Shown here piece after piece: positions 1 to 9,088 of a DNA stretch of 64,000 nucleotides. Made by a program: the position numbers and the translations under genes. Source of the DNA: Ilumatobacteraceae bacterium. GTDB lineage: Bacteria > Actinomycetota > Acidimicrobiia > Acidimicrobiales > Ilumatobacteraceae. Position 1 is the first letter of the stretch, and every line of letters begins with the position of its first letter. Where the stretch lies: the NCBI GenBank assembly GCA_023254135.1, contig JALQYL010000001.1, forward strand, positions 11,341-75,340. The letters are read 5' to 3'. The notes under the pieces are model-generated. The model worked only from the letters and a program-made list of their open reading frames with translations. It ran no database searches and was not told where the DNA came from.

Positions 1-32
1 TTGAAATTGGAAAGAGCAAGGTTCTGTCATGA
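1..32 (+). CDS. 3' end of an upstream gene (partial, product not identifiable)
   Basis: Frame 3 reads EIGKSKVLS-stop. The TGA at 30-32 overlaps the ATG at 29-31 of the next gene (ATGA coupling). By operon logic this may be the first ATPase of an Opp/Dpp transporter. Confidence 0.3.
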   Translation, partial: EIGKSKVLS

Positions 33-1018
33 GCGCAGAATTTGCGCTGGAAGGCCACGACTTGGTCAAGTACTTCCCCTCAGGTTCCTCGCGTTTTCTG
101 GGGCGACCCACCAGCAACGTGAGAGCTGTCGATGGAGTTTCATTTTCAGTGCGCACAGGTTCCACGTTGGGTGTGGTGGGTGAATCGGGCTGCGGCAAGT
201 CAACGTTGGCTCGTGTGGCAACACGACTCATCGAACCCACTTCGGGACGGGTATTGCTTGATGGAGTCGACATCACACGAGCATCGGGAGCCGAGTTGCG
301 TGTGGCGCGACGAAAGATTCAAATGATCTTTCAGGATCCGTATTCCTCGCTCAATCCACGTCACAGTGTGGGTCAGATCATCGGGGCACCTCTGCAGGTG
401 CAGAAGATTTCTCCGGCTCAAGGCGAGAAGAGGCGCGTACAAGAGCTGATGGAGTTGGTGGGTCTCAATCCGGAGCACTACAACCGTTATCCGCATGAGT
501 TCTCCGGCGGACAACGCCAACGAATTGGTATCGCTCGAGCTTTGGTTCTTGATCCCAGCATCATCGTGGCCGATGAACCCGTCTCGGCCCTTGACGTTTC
601 CATTCAGGCCCAAATTTTGAATTTGTTGGAAGGTTTACAGCGTGATCTTGGACTTTCGTATGTGTTCATTGCACATGATTTGTCCGTGGTGCGCCACATT
701 GCCGACGACGTAGCCGTGATGTATTTGGGAAAGATTGTGGAGACTGGTCCAGCGGACGTGGTCTACAACGCCCCAGCGCATCCCTACACCAAGGCGCTGT
801 TGTCCGCTGTTCCGGTGGCCAATCCGGCGCGTCGGGGAGACCATGAGAGAATTCGTCTCACGGGAGACGTTCCGTCGCCAGTGGATCCCCCGAGCGGTTG
901 TCGGTTTCGCACCCGATGCTGGCTCGCCACGGACCTCTGTGCGGCCCAGGAACCAGTTTTGACCCGAGATGCCTCCGGGCGGTCCGTCGCCTGCCATTTC
1001 CCGTTAGAAAGCGTCTGA
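29..1018 (+). CDS. ABC transporter ATP-binding protein, oligopeptide/dipeptide (OppF/DppF) type
   Basis: 329 aa ORF with Walker A GESGCGKST, ABC signature FSGGQRQRIGIARAL and Walker B IIVADEP. It has an Opp-type C-terminal extension containing CRFRTRC. Confidence 0.9.
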   Translation: MSAEFALEGHDLVKYFPSGSSRFLGRPTSNVRAVDGVSFSVRTGSTLGVVGESGCGKSTLARVATRLIEPTSGRVLLDGVDITRASGAELRVARRKIQMIFQDPYSSLNPRHSVGQIIGAPLQVQKISPAQGEKRRVQELMELVGLNPEHYNRYPHEFSGGQRQRIGIARALVLDPSIIVADEPVSALDVSIQAQILNLLEGLQRDLGLSYVFIAHDLSVVRHIADDVAVMYLGKIVETGPADVVYNAPAHPYTKALLSAVPVANPARRGDHERIRLTGDVPSPVDPPSGCRFRTRCWLATDLCAAQEPVLTRDASGRSVACHFPLESV

Positions 1019-1053
1019 GGGCCTTTGCTGGCATGTCATTGGCGATAGGGTAA

Positions 1054-1299
1054 ATGACCGTGCGTACAGTCGTTCTCTACATCACCGTTGTTCTCAACGT
1101 CGTCTCCATGTTGTCTCTGATTGTGGGCGTCTTGCTCCACAGCGGTCAGGGCGGTGGTCTCTCCGACATGTTCGGTGGAGCCAGTGGAGCCGGACTGGGT
1201 TCTGCCGCGGCTGAAAAGAACCTGAATCGCATCACCACCGTATTTGCCACCGTCTGGCTGTTCACCGTGGTTGCATTGGCTTTCTTGCTCACCAACTAG
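1054..1299 (+). CDS. secG: preprotein translocase subunit SecG
   Basis: 81 aa with two hydrophobic segments flanking a glycine-rich loop (HSGQGGGLSDMFGG) typical of SecG. A tRNA-Leu lies directly downstream, as in many bacteria. Confidence 0.8.
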   Translation: MTVRTVVLYITVVLNVVSMLSLIVGVLLHSGQGGGLSDMFGGASGAGLGSAAAEKNLNRITTVFATVWLFTVVALAFLLTN

Positions 1300-1343
1300 G
1301 CCTTTTGGTTATCGGGTTTTCCTCGGTAACATTTCTATTCCAC

Positions 1344-1430
1344 GTCGAAGTGGCGAAATAGGCAGACGCACCAGTTTAAGGGACTGGCGCCAGTGATGGC
1401 GTGGGGGTTCAAGTCCCCCCTTCGACACCA
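1344..1430 (+). tRNA. tRNA-Leu, class II, anticodon read as AAG (hand fold)
   Basis: 7 bp acceptor stem 1344-1350/1420-1426, discriminator A1427, encoded CCA 1428-1430. T arm is GGGGG-TTCAAGT-CCCCC (1403-1419). A long variable arm has a GCCA/TGGC stem. Anticodon stem is 1371-1375/1383-1387 with loop TTAAGGG. Confidence 0.85.
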
Positions 1431-1436
1431 AATTCT

Positions 1437-2153
1437 TTATCTCAGCGGTGAAAACGTTTTCATCGGCAGGTAGTCGGCAAGACGAGCCACATGAAGCCCT
1501 TGCTTATGCAGTTCCCATGCGATGCGTTTGAGTGATTTATCGAGCGAACGGACGTAGTGGATGAGGATCACGTCACCGGCTCGTGGCGGTCCGCCCCATG
1601 TAGTCATTGTTGAGCCGTTCATGGAGACTCTCCACAAAAGCACCGTGCTGATTCCACAATTGGCGGCTGCCTCCAGAGTGGTGCTGTCCCACGAACCGGT
1701 GGGCGGACGGAAAATTCCGGTCGTATAACCAAATTGCTGTTTGATTTGTTGTTCGCCTGCGCAAATTGCTTCTTGCTGCTTCTGCAGTGAGAGACCTTTG
1801 AGAATGGTGTGTTTGGCTGTGTGGGTGCCGATGTCGTTGATACGCCCAACGTGTTGGAAGTATGGAACATGGTTCTTGGAATTGAAGGGGAGCAAGAAAC
1901 TGGTGACGGGCCAGCGCCATTTCTTGAGGAGTTCCAACCCGTAACCGTTGGTGTCAAAACCGTCGTCAATGGTGATGAACACCACGGGGTCCTTCGTGTC
2001 GATGCGATACAACAACTTCGCCCTCTTGACGGAAGGTTTGACCGATGCGTGAACGGAGTACGTGGTTGACGGCACGACAACCCCAGTCAGCGCCACTGTC
2101 AGACCCACACAAATTGCTGCAACACGTTTCTTCAGCATCGTTGTTAGAGGCAT
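1437..2153 (-). CDS. secreted polysaccharide deacetylase (NodB homology domain)
   Basis: 238 aa with an N-terminal signal-like hydrophobic segment. NodB motifs FITIDDGFD and HTAKH are present. Confidence 0.8.
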   Translation of the reverse strand: MPLTTMLKKRVAAICVGLTVALTGVVVPSTTYSVHASVKPSVKRAKLLYRIDTKDPVVFITIDDGFDTNGYGLELLKKWRWPVTSFLLPFNSKNHVPYFQHVGRINDIGTHTAKHTILKGLSLQKQQEAICAGEQQIKQQFGYTTGIFRPPTGSWDSTTLEAAANCGISTVLLWRVSMNGSTMTTWGGPPRAGDVILIHYVRSLDKSLKRIAWELHKQGLHVARLADYLPMKTFSPLR

Positions 2154-3166
2154 GAATAGAAGGATTCTATGAGAGCGCGATTACGAGGATTCTGCCAACG
2201 AGGCCCCATTTGGTTCATCACGTATCCGAATCCCACCTTTGCCACCGGATCGCAAAAACCCACTGAACCACCTGCGCCGTAATGTCCGAATGATTCAACA
2301 TTGGGTCCGAATCCTCGTTCGGGAATGGGGAGTTGAAAGCCATGACCGAATCGCGACACGCGTCCCAACACAACGTCTTCTCCGTGTGACACCTCTGATG
2401 TTGCTTCTGTAAGCACTGCGGGAGCGACCAGGGAGTGACCCCCAAAGGAACCGTCATGTGCCATCACGGTGTACAAGGCAGCCACTGCCCGGGCACTGGC
2501 GTGCGTATTGGTGCTCGGCATCTCGGCATCGCGCCATTCGCTGGAGTTCACATAGCCCGAACCCGAGAGTCCCGCAGGATTGGCGTATGTGTTCCTCTGC
2601 AACAAGTGCTCTTCGGAGAGTGTTGATGGATCAACGGTGACCGTAGACGTGGTGGGCCATTCAAACTCAGCGATACGAGCTGCCAAATGGGAACACGAAC
2701 CGAGATAGATATCGATACCCATTGGTTCGGCAATTCGTTCGCGCAACAGCTGTCCAACGGACCTCCCGGTGGCTCGACGGAGTACCTCGCCCACCAAAAA
2801 TCCGAAGGTGTTCACGTGGTAGCCGTGTGCCGTTCCTGGTGTCCACCATGGAACTTCAGCGGCCAAAGCAGTTGTCATGACGTCCCAGTGCAACATGGCA
2901 TCGGGAGCCAATTCATGTCGAACTGCCGGGAGTCCGGTGCGATGGCCTAAGAGATCTCGGAAGGTGAGAGTCTCCTTGCCGTTGTTTCCGAATTCTGGCC
3001 ATACATCCACCACGAAAGACTCGTACGAGATTTCTCCGCGACTCACGCATTGGGCGGCCACAATGGATGTAATGCCCTTACCCACTGAAAAGGCGTTCAC
3101 GATTTCATTGTCAGACCACGAACGAGAACCAGAGGGCGTGGCTGAACCACCCCACAAATCGACCAC
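2144..3166 (-). CDS. serine hydrolase, beta-lactamase/esterase (class C-like) family
   Basis: 340 aa from GTG 3166 with SxxK motif SVGK. The reading frame stays open upstream to 3310 and encodes family-like sequence without a canonical start (see findings). Confidence 0.75.
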   Translation of the reverse strand: MVDLWGGSATPSGSRSWSDNEIVNAFSVGKGITSIVAAQCVSRGEISYESFVVDVWPEFGNNGKETLTFRDLLGHRTGLPAVRHELAPDAMLHWDVMTTALAAEVPWWTPGTAHGYHVNTFGFLVGEVLRRATGRSVGQLLRERIAEPMGIDIYLGSCSHLAARIAEFEWPTTSTVTVDPSTLSEEHLLQRNTYANPAGLSGSGYVNSSEWRDAEMPSTNTHASARAVAALYTVMAHDGSFGGHSLVAPAVLTEATSEVSHGEDVVLGRVSRFGHGFQLPIPERGFGPNVESFGHYGAGGSVGFCDPVAKVGFGYVMNQMGPRWQNPRNRALIESFYSCL

Positions 3167-3294
3167 TCGGTGACCATCTATTTCAATGCAAACTCCAGCA
3201 CCTATCTCGTTGTGCTCGGTGAAGTTGTTGATGAACGCATCTCGGACAGCCCCGAACGCGGGGTCACATGTTCCGTGTGGTGTGATGGTTTTGG

Positions 3295-4500
3295 TCAGAG
3301 TGCCGACTTCTCAAGGATGTGGATGCCACATGCAGAGCCAAGACCGATGACGTGCGCAAGACCAACCTTGGCGCCTTCAATCTGACGTGGGCCTGCCTCA
3401 CCGCGAAGGTGATGACACACTTCCCACACGTTGGCAATGCCGGTGGCTGCAATGGGGTGACCCTTTGACTCGAGACCACCCGACACGTTGACAGGTGTCT
3501 TGCCGTCGCGCCATGTAGCGCCTGAGTTGAAGAAGTCGACCGCACCGCCTTCTTCGCACAACATGAGGTTGTCGTAGTGCACCAATTCGGCCGTTGCAAA
3601 ACAGTCGTGCAGTTCCACCAAGTTGAGGTCAGAAGGCGAAACACCTGCCTGCTCATAGGCCTGCTTAGCAGCAATCTTCGTGAGCGTATTGACGTCAGGA
3701 AGGATCTGGCATGCCTCTTGGTATGGGTCACTGGTGAGAACCGAAGCCGATACCTTCACTGCGCGACGCTGCTGTTCAAGAGACAATGTCTTGAGCTTTG
3801 TTCCGCTCACAAGGACTGCAGCTGCTGCACCATCACAGTTTGCGGAACACATGGGGCGCGTATTGGGGTACGCAATCATGATGTCGTTCATGATCTCATC
3901 CAATGTCATGCGCTTGTTGTACGCAGCCAATGGGTTCAACGTGGAATGGGCATGGTTCTTTTCCGAGATCTTGGCGAAAAGTTCGAAAGTTGCCCCGCCG
4001 TACTTGTGGCCATATTCCATACCCACTTGGGCGAAAGTTCCGGGCATATTTGCGGTGCCAATGAGACCGTCAACGTTCTGTACCGAGCCGTAACGACCGG
4101 ATGGCTTCCACTCTTTGCCTGCAGACTTTGAAGCAGGGCTTGCTCCCAAAAGACCCACTCCAGCGAGCTTCTCAACGCCGACTGCGAGACCCATGTCGCA
4201 TTCGCCAGCCTTGATTGCCATGATGACTGTGCGAAGTGCGGTGGCACCAGTTGCGCACGCATTGGACACGTTGTACACGGGGATGCCGGTCTGGCCCACT
4301 TGCTTCTGGATCATCTGGCCAATGCCGCCTTGACCCATGAGGCAGCCAGCTGCCATTACACCCATGTCTTTCATGGTGACTTGACCGTCCTTGAGGGCGG
4401 CGATGACTGCCTCGGCAGCAAGGTCCACTGTGTCCTTGTCCGGATACTTGCCGAACTTCGTCATGTTGATTCCGAGGATGTAGATGTCGTCTGTAGCCAT
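3295..4500 (-). CDS. thiolase-fold protein, SCP-x/lipid-transfer (Ltp) type
   Basis: 401 aa with thiolase-like N- and C-terminal halves (NACATG, GHPIAATG). It is paired with an upstream DUF35 OB-fold gene, as is typical for this subfamily. Confidence 0.8.
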   Translation of the reverse strand: MATDDIYILGINMTKFGKYPDKDTVDLAAEAVIAALKDGQVTMKDMGVMAAGCLMGQGGIGQMIQKQVGQTGIPVYNVSNACATGATALRTVIMAIKAGECDMGLAVGVEKLAGVGLLGASPASKSAGKEWKPSGRYGSVQNVDGLIGTANMPGTFAQVGMEYGHKYGGATFELFAKISEKNHAHSTLNPLAAYNKRMTLDEIMNDIMIAYPNTRPMCSANCDGAAAAVLVSGTKLKTLSLEQQRRAVKVSASVLTSDPYQEACQILPDVNTLTKIAAKQAYEQAGVSPSDLNLVELHDCFATAELVHYDNLMLCEEGGAVDFFNSGATWRDGKTPVNVSGGLESKGHPIAATGIANVWEVCHHLRGEAGPRQIEGAKVGLAHVIGLGSACGIHILEKSAL

Positions 4501-4538
4501 TGTTTTCTCTTCTCTTGATCTTTTCGTTCTGGTGGTGA

Positions 4539-4937
4539 TTAGGCGGGCTCGTACCCGAATCCGATTGCTTCTGTTCCGTGGTCGTCGGTACCCAACGAGT
4601 AGGTGGCAAGACGTACCTTCATGCCGAGGGACACTTTTTCTGGAGTGGCCTCCACGTTGATCACATTTGCGCGAACACTTGTGCCTCCGCAGTCGATGAC
4701 AGCTGCAACGAAGGGAACGGGTACTCCAGGAGCTGCGAACGTCACGATGGTGAAGGCTCGCACAATTCCTTCATTCTGAATTGCGACCGTCTTGAATTCT
4801 TCGGCAAAGCATGCAGCGCACGCATTGCGTCGGTCGAAGAAACGAGCGCCACACGATGTGCACTCGTTGGCGGTGAGGTGCGGCTTGTCGCCGAGAACCA
4901 AGTAATCGACCAAAGGAATTTGGGTCATCGTCATCAT
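4539..4937 (-). CDS. Zn-ribbon/OB-fold protein (DUF35 family), thiolase partner
   Basis: Cys4 ribbon CTSCGARFFDRRNACAAC is followed by an OB-fold-like region. AGGGGAG lies upstream of an ATG cluster, so the start is ambiguous (4964, 4937, 4934 or 4928). Confidence 0.7.
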   Translation of the reverse strand: MMTMTQIPLVDYLVLGDKPHLTANECTSCGARFFDRRNACAACFAEEFKTVAIQNEGIVRAFTIVTFAAPGVPVPFVAAVIDCGGTSVRANVINVEATPEKVSLGMKVRLATYSLGTDDHGTEAIGFGYEPA

Positions 4938-5042
4938 TTCTCCCCTAGATGGATGGTTCTGCATACCTTATGCCCGCACACAAGGGCAAGGAGAAGTTCA
5001 GATGGTCCTACGGGAGGGAAATTTAGACAACAATGGACGAAT

Positions 5043-6338
5043 ATGAGCGCTAAATGGAGCAACTGGGCAGGGAACGAGACTGCGAACCCACAATCCATGG
5101 TGAGGGCCACCTCGGAGGACCACCTATCGCACTTGGTCGCACGCGCCAATGCCTCTGGCCATACCGTGAAGGTGCCTGGTTCGGGGCACAGTTTCACCCC
5201 CGCTGCAGTCACCGAGGGGCACATGGTGGATATTTCTGCACTTCAAGGCATTAGGTCAGTCGACCGAACAAGTCGAACAGTCACTGTTGGAGCGGGTACC
5301 ACCCTGAACAATCTCAATTCTTTGTTGGCAGACGTTGGGCTGGCAATGGCCAACCTGGGGGACATTGCGTATCAAACCGTGGCAGGAGCCATTTCCACGT
5401 CCACGCACGGAACCGGTGCTCATTTGCCAGGCTTGGCTGCACAGGTGGAGTCCTTTCGCCTTGTCACAGCTACTGGCAACATTCTGAACTGTTCATCAGG
5501 AGAAAATCCTCACATCTTTCACCTCGGACGTGTGTCTGTGGGGGCGCTAGGTGTCGTGAGCGAATACACCATCAAGGTGGTGGATGCGTTTCGACTTCGA
5601 GCGGTGGAAGAACCCATGCGTCTCAACGATGTGCTCGACAACATTCAGACGCTCGTTGCTCAAAACGATCACTTTGAATTCTTCTGGATTCCGCATACGA
5701 AATGGGCACTCACCAAGCGCAACAATCGAACAGAAGAGCCACTTGATCCCTTGCCAAAGATGAGGGGCTGGTTCGAAAAGACTTTCATGGAGAACTACGC
5801 GTTCGGCGCTCTGTGTTATCTGGGACGCATGCGTCCTTCGTTGATACCAAAACTGGCGACTGCATTGCCGTCGTCCGGATCGCGCACATATGTAAACGAC
5901 AGCTACAAGATCTTTGCTAGTCCTCGATTGGTTCGGTTCTATGAAATGGAGCACTCCATACCCGCGGCGTCCTTGCCGGATGCTTTGCGGGAAGTGGTGG
6001 CGATGATCGAGGCCAAGGGCTATTTGTTGAATTTCCCCGTAGAGGTACGTTTCACGGCATCGGATGACGTGGCATTGTCTACTTCCTATGGTCGGGCCTC
6101 GGCCTACATCGCTGTGCACGTGTTCAAAGGAATGGAATTTGAACCATTCTTCAAGGACGTGGAAGACATCATGCGTCGTTACGAATCTCGTCCACACTGG
6201 GGAAAGATTCATCACCGCGAGGCTTCGGAACTGTCAACGCTGTACCCGAAGTTCAATGAGTTTCTCGAACTTCGTGATCAGTTGGATCCAGCTCGTACGT
6301 TTGCTAATCGATATACAGACCAGGTTTTTGGAAGGTAG
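5043..6338 (+). CDS. FAD-linked oxidoreductase, L-gulono/D-arabinono-1,4-lactone oxidase family
   Basis: N-terminus is WSNWAGN...GSGHSF (FAD_binding_4 type) and the C-terminus has HWGK (ALO domain). The ORF-track extension 4578-5042 is antisense to the DUF35 gene and was discarded. Confidence 0.8.
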   Translation: MSAKWSNWAGNETANPQSMVRATSEDHLSHLVARANASGHTVKVPGSGHSFTPAAVTEGHMVDISALQGIRSVDRTSRTVTVGAGTTLNNLNSLLADVGLAMANLGDIAYQTVAGAISTSTHGTGAHLPGLAAQVESFRLVTATGNILNCSSGENPHIFHLGRVSVGALGVVSEYTIKVVDAFRLRAVEEPMRLNDVLDNIQTLVAQNDHFEFFWIPHTKWALTKRNNRTEEPLDPLPKMRGWFEKTFMENYAFGALCYLGRMRPSLIPKLATALPSSGSRTYVNDSYKIFASPRLVRFYEMEHSIPAASLPDALREVVAMIEAKGYLLNFPVEVRFTASDDVALSTSYGRASAYIAVHVFKGMEFEPFFKDVEDIMRRYESRPHWGKIHHREASELSTLYPKFNEFLELRDQLDPARTFANRYTDQVFGR

Positions 6339-6341
6339 TCA

Positions 6342-8603
6342 CTACAGGCAGATGTCTTGTGGTCGCACCGGGCAACGTGGAATATCTTTGCCCACTGCAT
6401 TGCGAATGGCAGCCACGATGGCGGGAGTCACCGAAATGCAAGGCGGTTCTCCTACACCCTTTGCCCCTAATGGTGCTTGTGGTTCATATTCTTCAACAAA
6501 TGAAGCAACAACATTCGGCGCATCGAGAGCTGTTGGCAACAAGTAATCAGTGAAACTCGGATTACGAACTTTGCCGTCCTGCACGATGATTTCCTCCATC
6601 ACAGCAAGGCCCAAACCTTGCGCGATTCCGCCTTCTATTTGACCGGTCACTGATAATGGATTGAGTGCCACTCCGATGTCTTGCGCGGTGGCGACCTGAA
6701 CCACCTTCACCAATCCGAGTTCGGGATCAACATCAACCACGGCACGGTGCGCGACGAACGCAAACGCAACATGACAGTTGCCTTGACCGTCGTCATCCAG
6801 GTCCTCAGTGGCGCGATGATGATGTTCAAACTCTTCACTGAACACGGAACCTTGTACCGCCTGCAATACGGGAATGCGGAATGTCCCCATGGAGTCGACA
6901 ATGTCGGTGTCTTCAATGACCAGGCTCAACGGATTCAATCCATTCTCGGCTGCAACCTTCTCGAAAATACGTTCACGCACCATGCGGCACGCGCCATCCA
7001 CGGCTCCACCACTCATCCACGTTTGACGAGATGCAGACGTTGAACCGGCGGAACCGATATTCGTATCAATGGTGTCGCATACAACATCATCAAGTCCGAG
7101 GACAGAACGGGCAATTTGTGGTGCGAGAACCACGAATCCCTGACCTACTTCGCTTGTTGCGAACTTCACGGTGACTTTTCCGTCGATCACTGTGCAGCGC
7201 GCGGTGGAGTAGTCGTCAAATCCTTCGCTGTACATGATGTTCTTGATGCTGACGCCCCAACCGACGCCGCGAACGATGTTGTGTGGTTGAGCCGTGAGAC
7301 CCGATCCACCTGGCAGGTCGAGTTCATGTGCATTGGGAGAAAGGGGATCCGGCATTGGCAAAGCTGCTGTTTCGCGAATACACCGGGCAACGGGAGCCAC
7401 GCTTTCCACGATTTGGCCAGTAATCAGGGCATCGCCAGTTTCCATGGCGTTGAGAAGGCGTACTTCTACTGGTGAAATTCCTGCGGCTGTTGCGATTTTG
7501 TCCATTTGACCTTCATGTGCGAAGCACGCTTGCACAACGCCAAATCCGCGCATGGCTCCACAAGGTGGATTGTTTGTGCGCACCGCATATCCGTCAACGA
7601 TGGCGTTTGCGCACTTGTATGGGCCCTGTGTGTGGGTGATGCCGTTGATGAGCACGGCAGATGACGTGGACGCGTACGCACCGCCGTCGAACAGGAAGCG
7701 AGCCTCGATCTTCACGATCTTTCCTTCGGCGGTGGCATGATGGCGCATCCACACACGAGCTGGGTGTCGGTGTACATGGCCAAAGAAGGACTCCTCTCGA
7801 CCGTATTGCATCTTCACGGGTCTTCCCACATGGAGTGCGAGAAGCGCTGTGTGTACCTGGAGACTGATGTCTTCACGAGCTCCGAAGGCACCACCTACGC
7901 CGCCCAACGTGAGGCGAACCTTTTCTTCGGGCAAATTGAGACAGGCGGCCATTTGTTTCTGGTCTTCGTGAAGCCACTGTGTTGCCACGAACACCTCAAC
8001 GCCTTTGCGATCGGCGTCGGGGATGGCAAGAGCAGATTCAGTTCCGAGGAACGCCTGATCCTGCATGCCGATCACATAGTCACCCTCCACCACAATGGGA
8101 CCAGTGGCAGTGATGTCACCCGACACGATCTTCTGGTTGCGGATCACGTTGCCATCTGGGTGGATGGAGGGGACCGATTGATTCAGGGAATCTTCGGGAT
8201 TTGTGAGGGGAGTGAGGACTTCGAAATTGACCACGATGGCATCCAATGCGCGACGACAAGTCTCGGGATGGTCGGCCACTACGGCTGCAATTGGTTCACC
8301 CATGTAACGAACAAAGTCTTTGGCAAACACAGGCTGGTCACTGCTGATGAGACCATACGTGAGTTGACCGGGAACATCCTCTGAGGTGACCACGGCTTCC
8401 ACTCCCTTGATCTTGAGAGCCGAAGATGCATCAATGGAAACGATGCGTGCATACGGATGGGGGGAACGCAATGTGGCTCCCCACAGCATGTTGTCGGCGT
8501 GCAAGTCAGAGGTGAAGTCGAATTCGCCCTTTACTTTTGCGGGTCCATCGGGGCGCAGTGCGCTAGTGCCCAATACATCTCGACGAGTCTTTACTGAGCT
8601 CAT
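6342..8603 (-). CDS. xanthine dehydrogenase/aldehyde oxidase family molybdopterin-binding large subunit
   Basis: 753 aa with typical XDH-family N-terminus (RPDGPAKVKGEFDFTSD) and GGAFGARE region. It overlaps the 2Fe-2S subunit gene by 4 nt. Confidence 0.9.
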   Translation of the reverse strand: MSSVKTRRDVLGTSALRPDGPAKVKGEFDFTSDLHADNMLWGATLRSPHPYARIVSIDASSALKIKGVEAVVTSEDVPGQLTYGLISSDQPVFAKDFVRYMGEPIAAVVADHPETCRRALDAIVVNFEVLTPLTNPEDSLNQSVPSIHPDGNVIRNQKIVSGDITATGPIVVEGDYVIGMQDQAFLGTESALAIPDADRKGVEVFVATQWLHEDQKQMAACLNLPEEKVRLTLGGVGGAFGAREDISLQVHTALLALHVGRPVKMQYGREESFFGHVHRHPARVWMRHHATAEGKIVKIEARFLFDGGAYASTSSAVLINGITHTQGPYKCANAIVDGYAVRTNNPPCGAMRGFGVVQACFAHEGQMDKIATAAGISPVEVRLLNAMETGDALITGQIVESVAPVARCIRETAALPMPDPLSPNAHELDLPGGSGLTAQPHNIVRGVGWGVSIKNIMYSEGFDDYSTARCTVIDGKVTVKFATSEVGQGFVVLAPQIARSVLGLDDVVCDTIDTNIGSAGSTSASRQTWMSGGAVDGACRMVRERIFEKVAAENGLNPLSLVIEDTDIVDSMGTFRIPVLQAVQGSVFSEEFEHHHRATEDLDDDGQGNCHVAFAFVAHRAVVDVDPELGLVKVVQVATAQDIGVALNPLSVTGQIEGGIAQGLGLAVMEEIIVQDGKVRNPSFTDYLLPTALDAPNVVASFVEEYEPQAPLGAKGVGEPPCISVTPAIVAAIRNAVGKDIPRCPVRPQDICL

Positions 8604-9088
8604 CTTGCGTTCTCCTGTCGGCGAGAAATGGCCGTGTTGACGGCCTCAAAAATGCGTCCATAACCGGTACAACGACAGATGTTTCCTGATAGAGCTTCCT
8701 TGATTTCGTGCTCCGAAGGCTGCGCGTTTTGATCTAGCAAATGGTGCACCGCCATGACGAGGCCCGGGGTACAAAATCCGCACTGGACAGCTCCTTCATC
8801 GATGAAGGCTTGTTGCACATCGGTGAGTGTTCCATCTGACGATAAACCTTCCACCGTTGCGATTTCAGTGTCCACCACAGTTGCGGCCATGACCAAACAA
8901 CTGCATACTGCTGACCCATTCACGAACACCGTGCAACTGCCACATTCTCCCTGTTCGCAAGCACCCTTTGCTCCAGGCAAACCGAGTCGCTCACGCAAGA
9001 CGTACAGGAGACTTTCGCCGACCCATGCGTCTTGCACGGGGTGTTGAACACCATTGACCGTCAGTGAATAGAACTCGTTGTTGCTCAT
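8600..9088 (-). CDS. (2Fe-2S)-binding small subunit of the XDH-family enzyme
   Basis: Starts MSNNEFYSLTVNG. Cluster motifs are CEQGECGSC and CGFCTPG...CRCTGY. The ATG at 9088 overlaps the FAD subunit stop (ATGA at 9085-9088). Confidence 0.9.
   Translation of the reverse strand: MSNNEFYSLTVNGVQHPVQDAWVGESLLYVLRERLGLPGAKGACEQGECGSCTVFVNGSAVCSCLVMAATVVDTEIATVEGLSSDGTLTDVQQAFIDEGAVQCGFCTPGLVMAVHHLLDQNAQPSEHEIKEALSGNICRCTGYGRIFEAVNTAISRRQENAR

Noticed and set aside
1-183. 60 aa ORF starting at TTG 1
   Set aside because: It is out of frame with the clearly real ABC ATPase gene and overlaps it. The frame-3 reading that ends at 32 explains the first bases better.
1300-3300. tRNA-adjacent genomic island
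   Set aside because: No integrase, no direct repeat of the tRNA 3' end and no obvious compositional shift were seen. The neighbouring genes are ordinary hydrolases.
4578-5042. 155-codon N-terminal extension of the lactone-oxidase ORF in the six-frame track
   Set aside because: It is antisense to the DUF35 gene and has no family-like sequence. The oxidase family N-terminus (WSNWAGN) begins right after ATG 5043. It is a typical long antisense ORF of GC-rich DNA.
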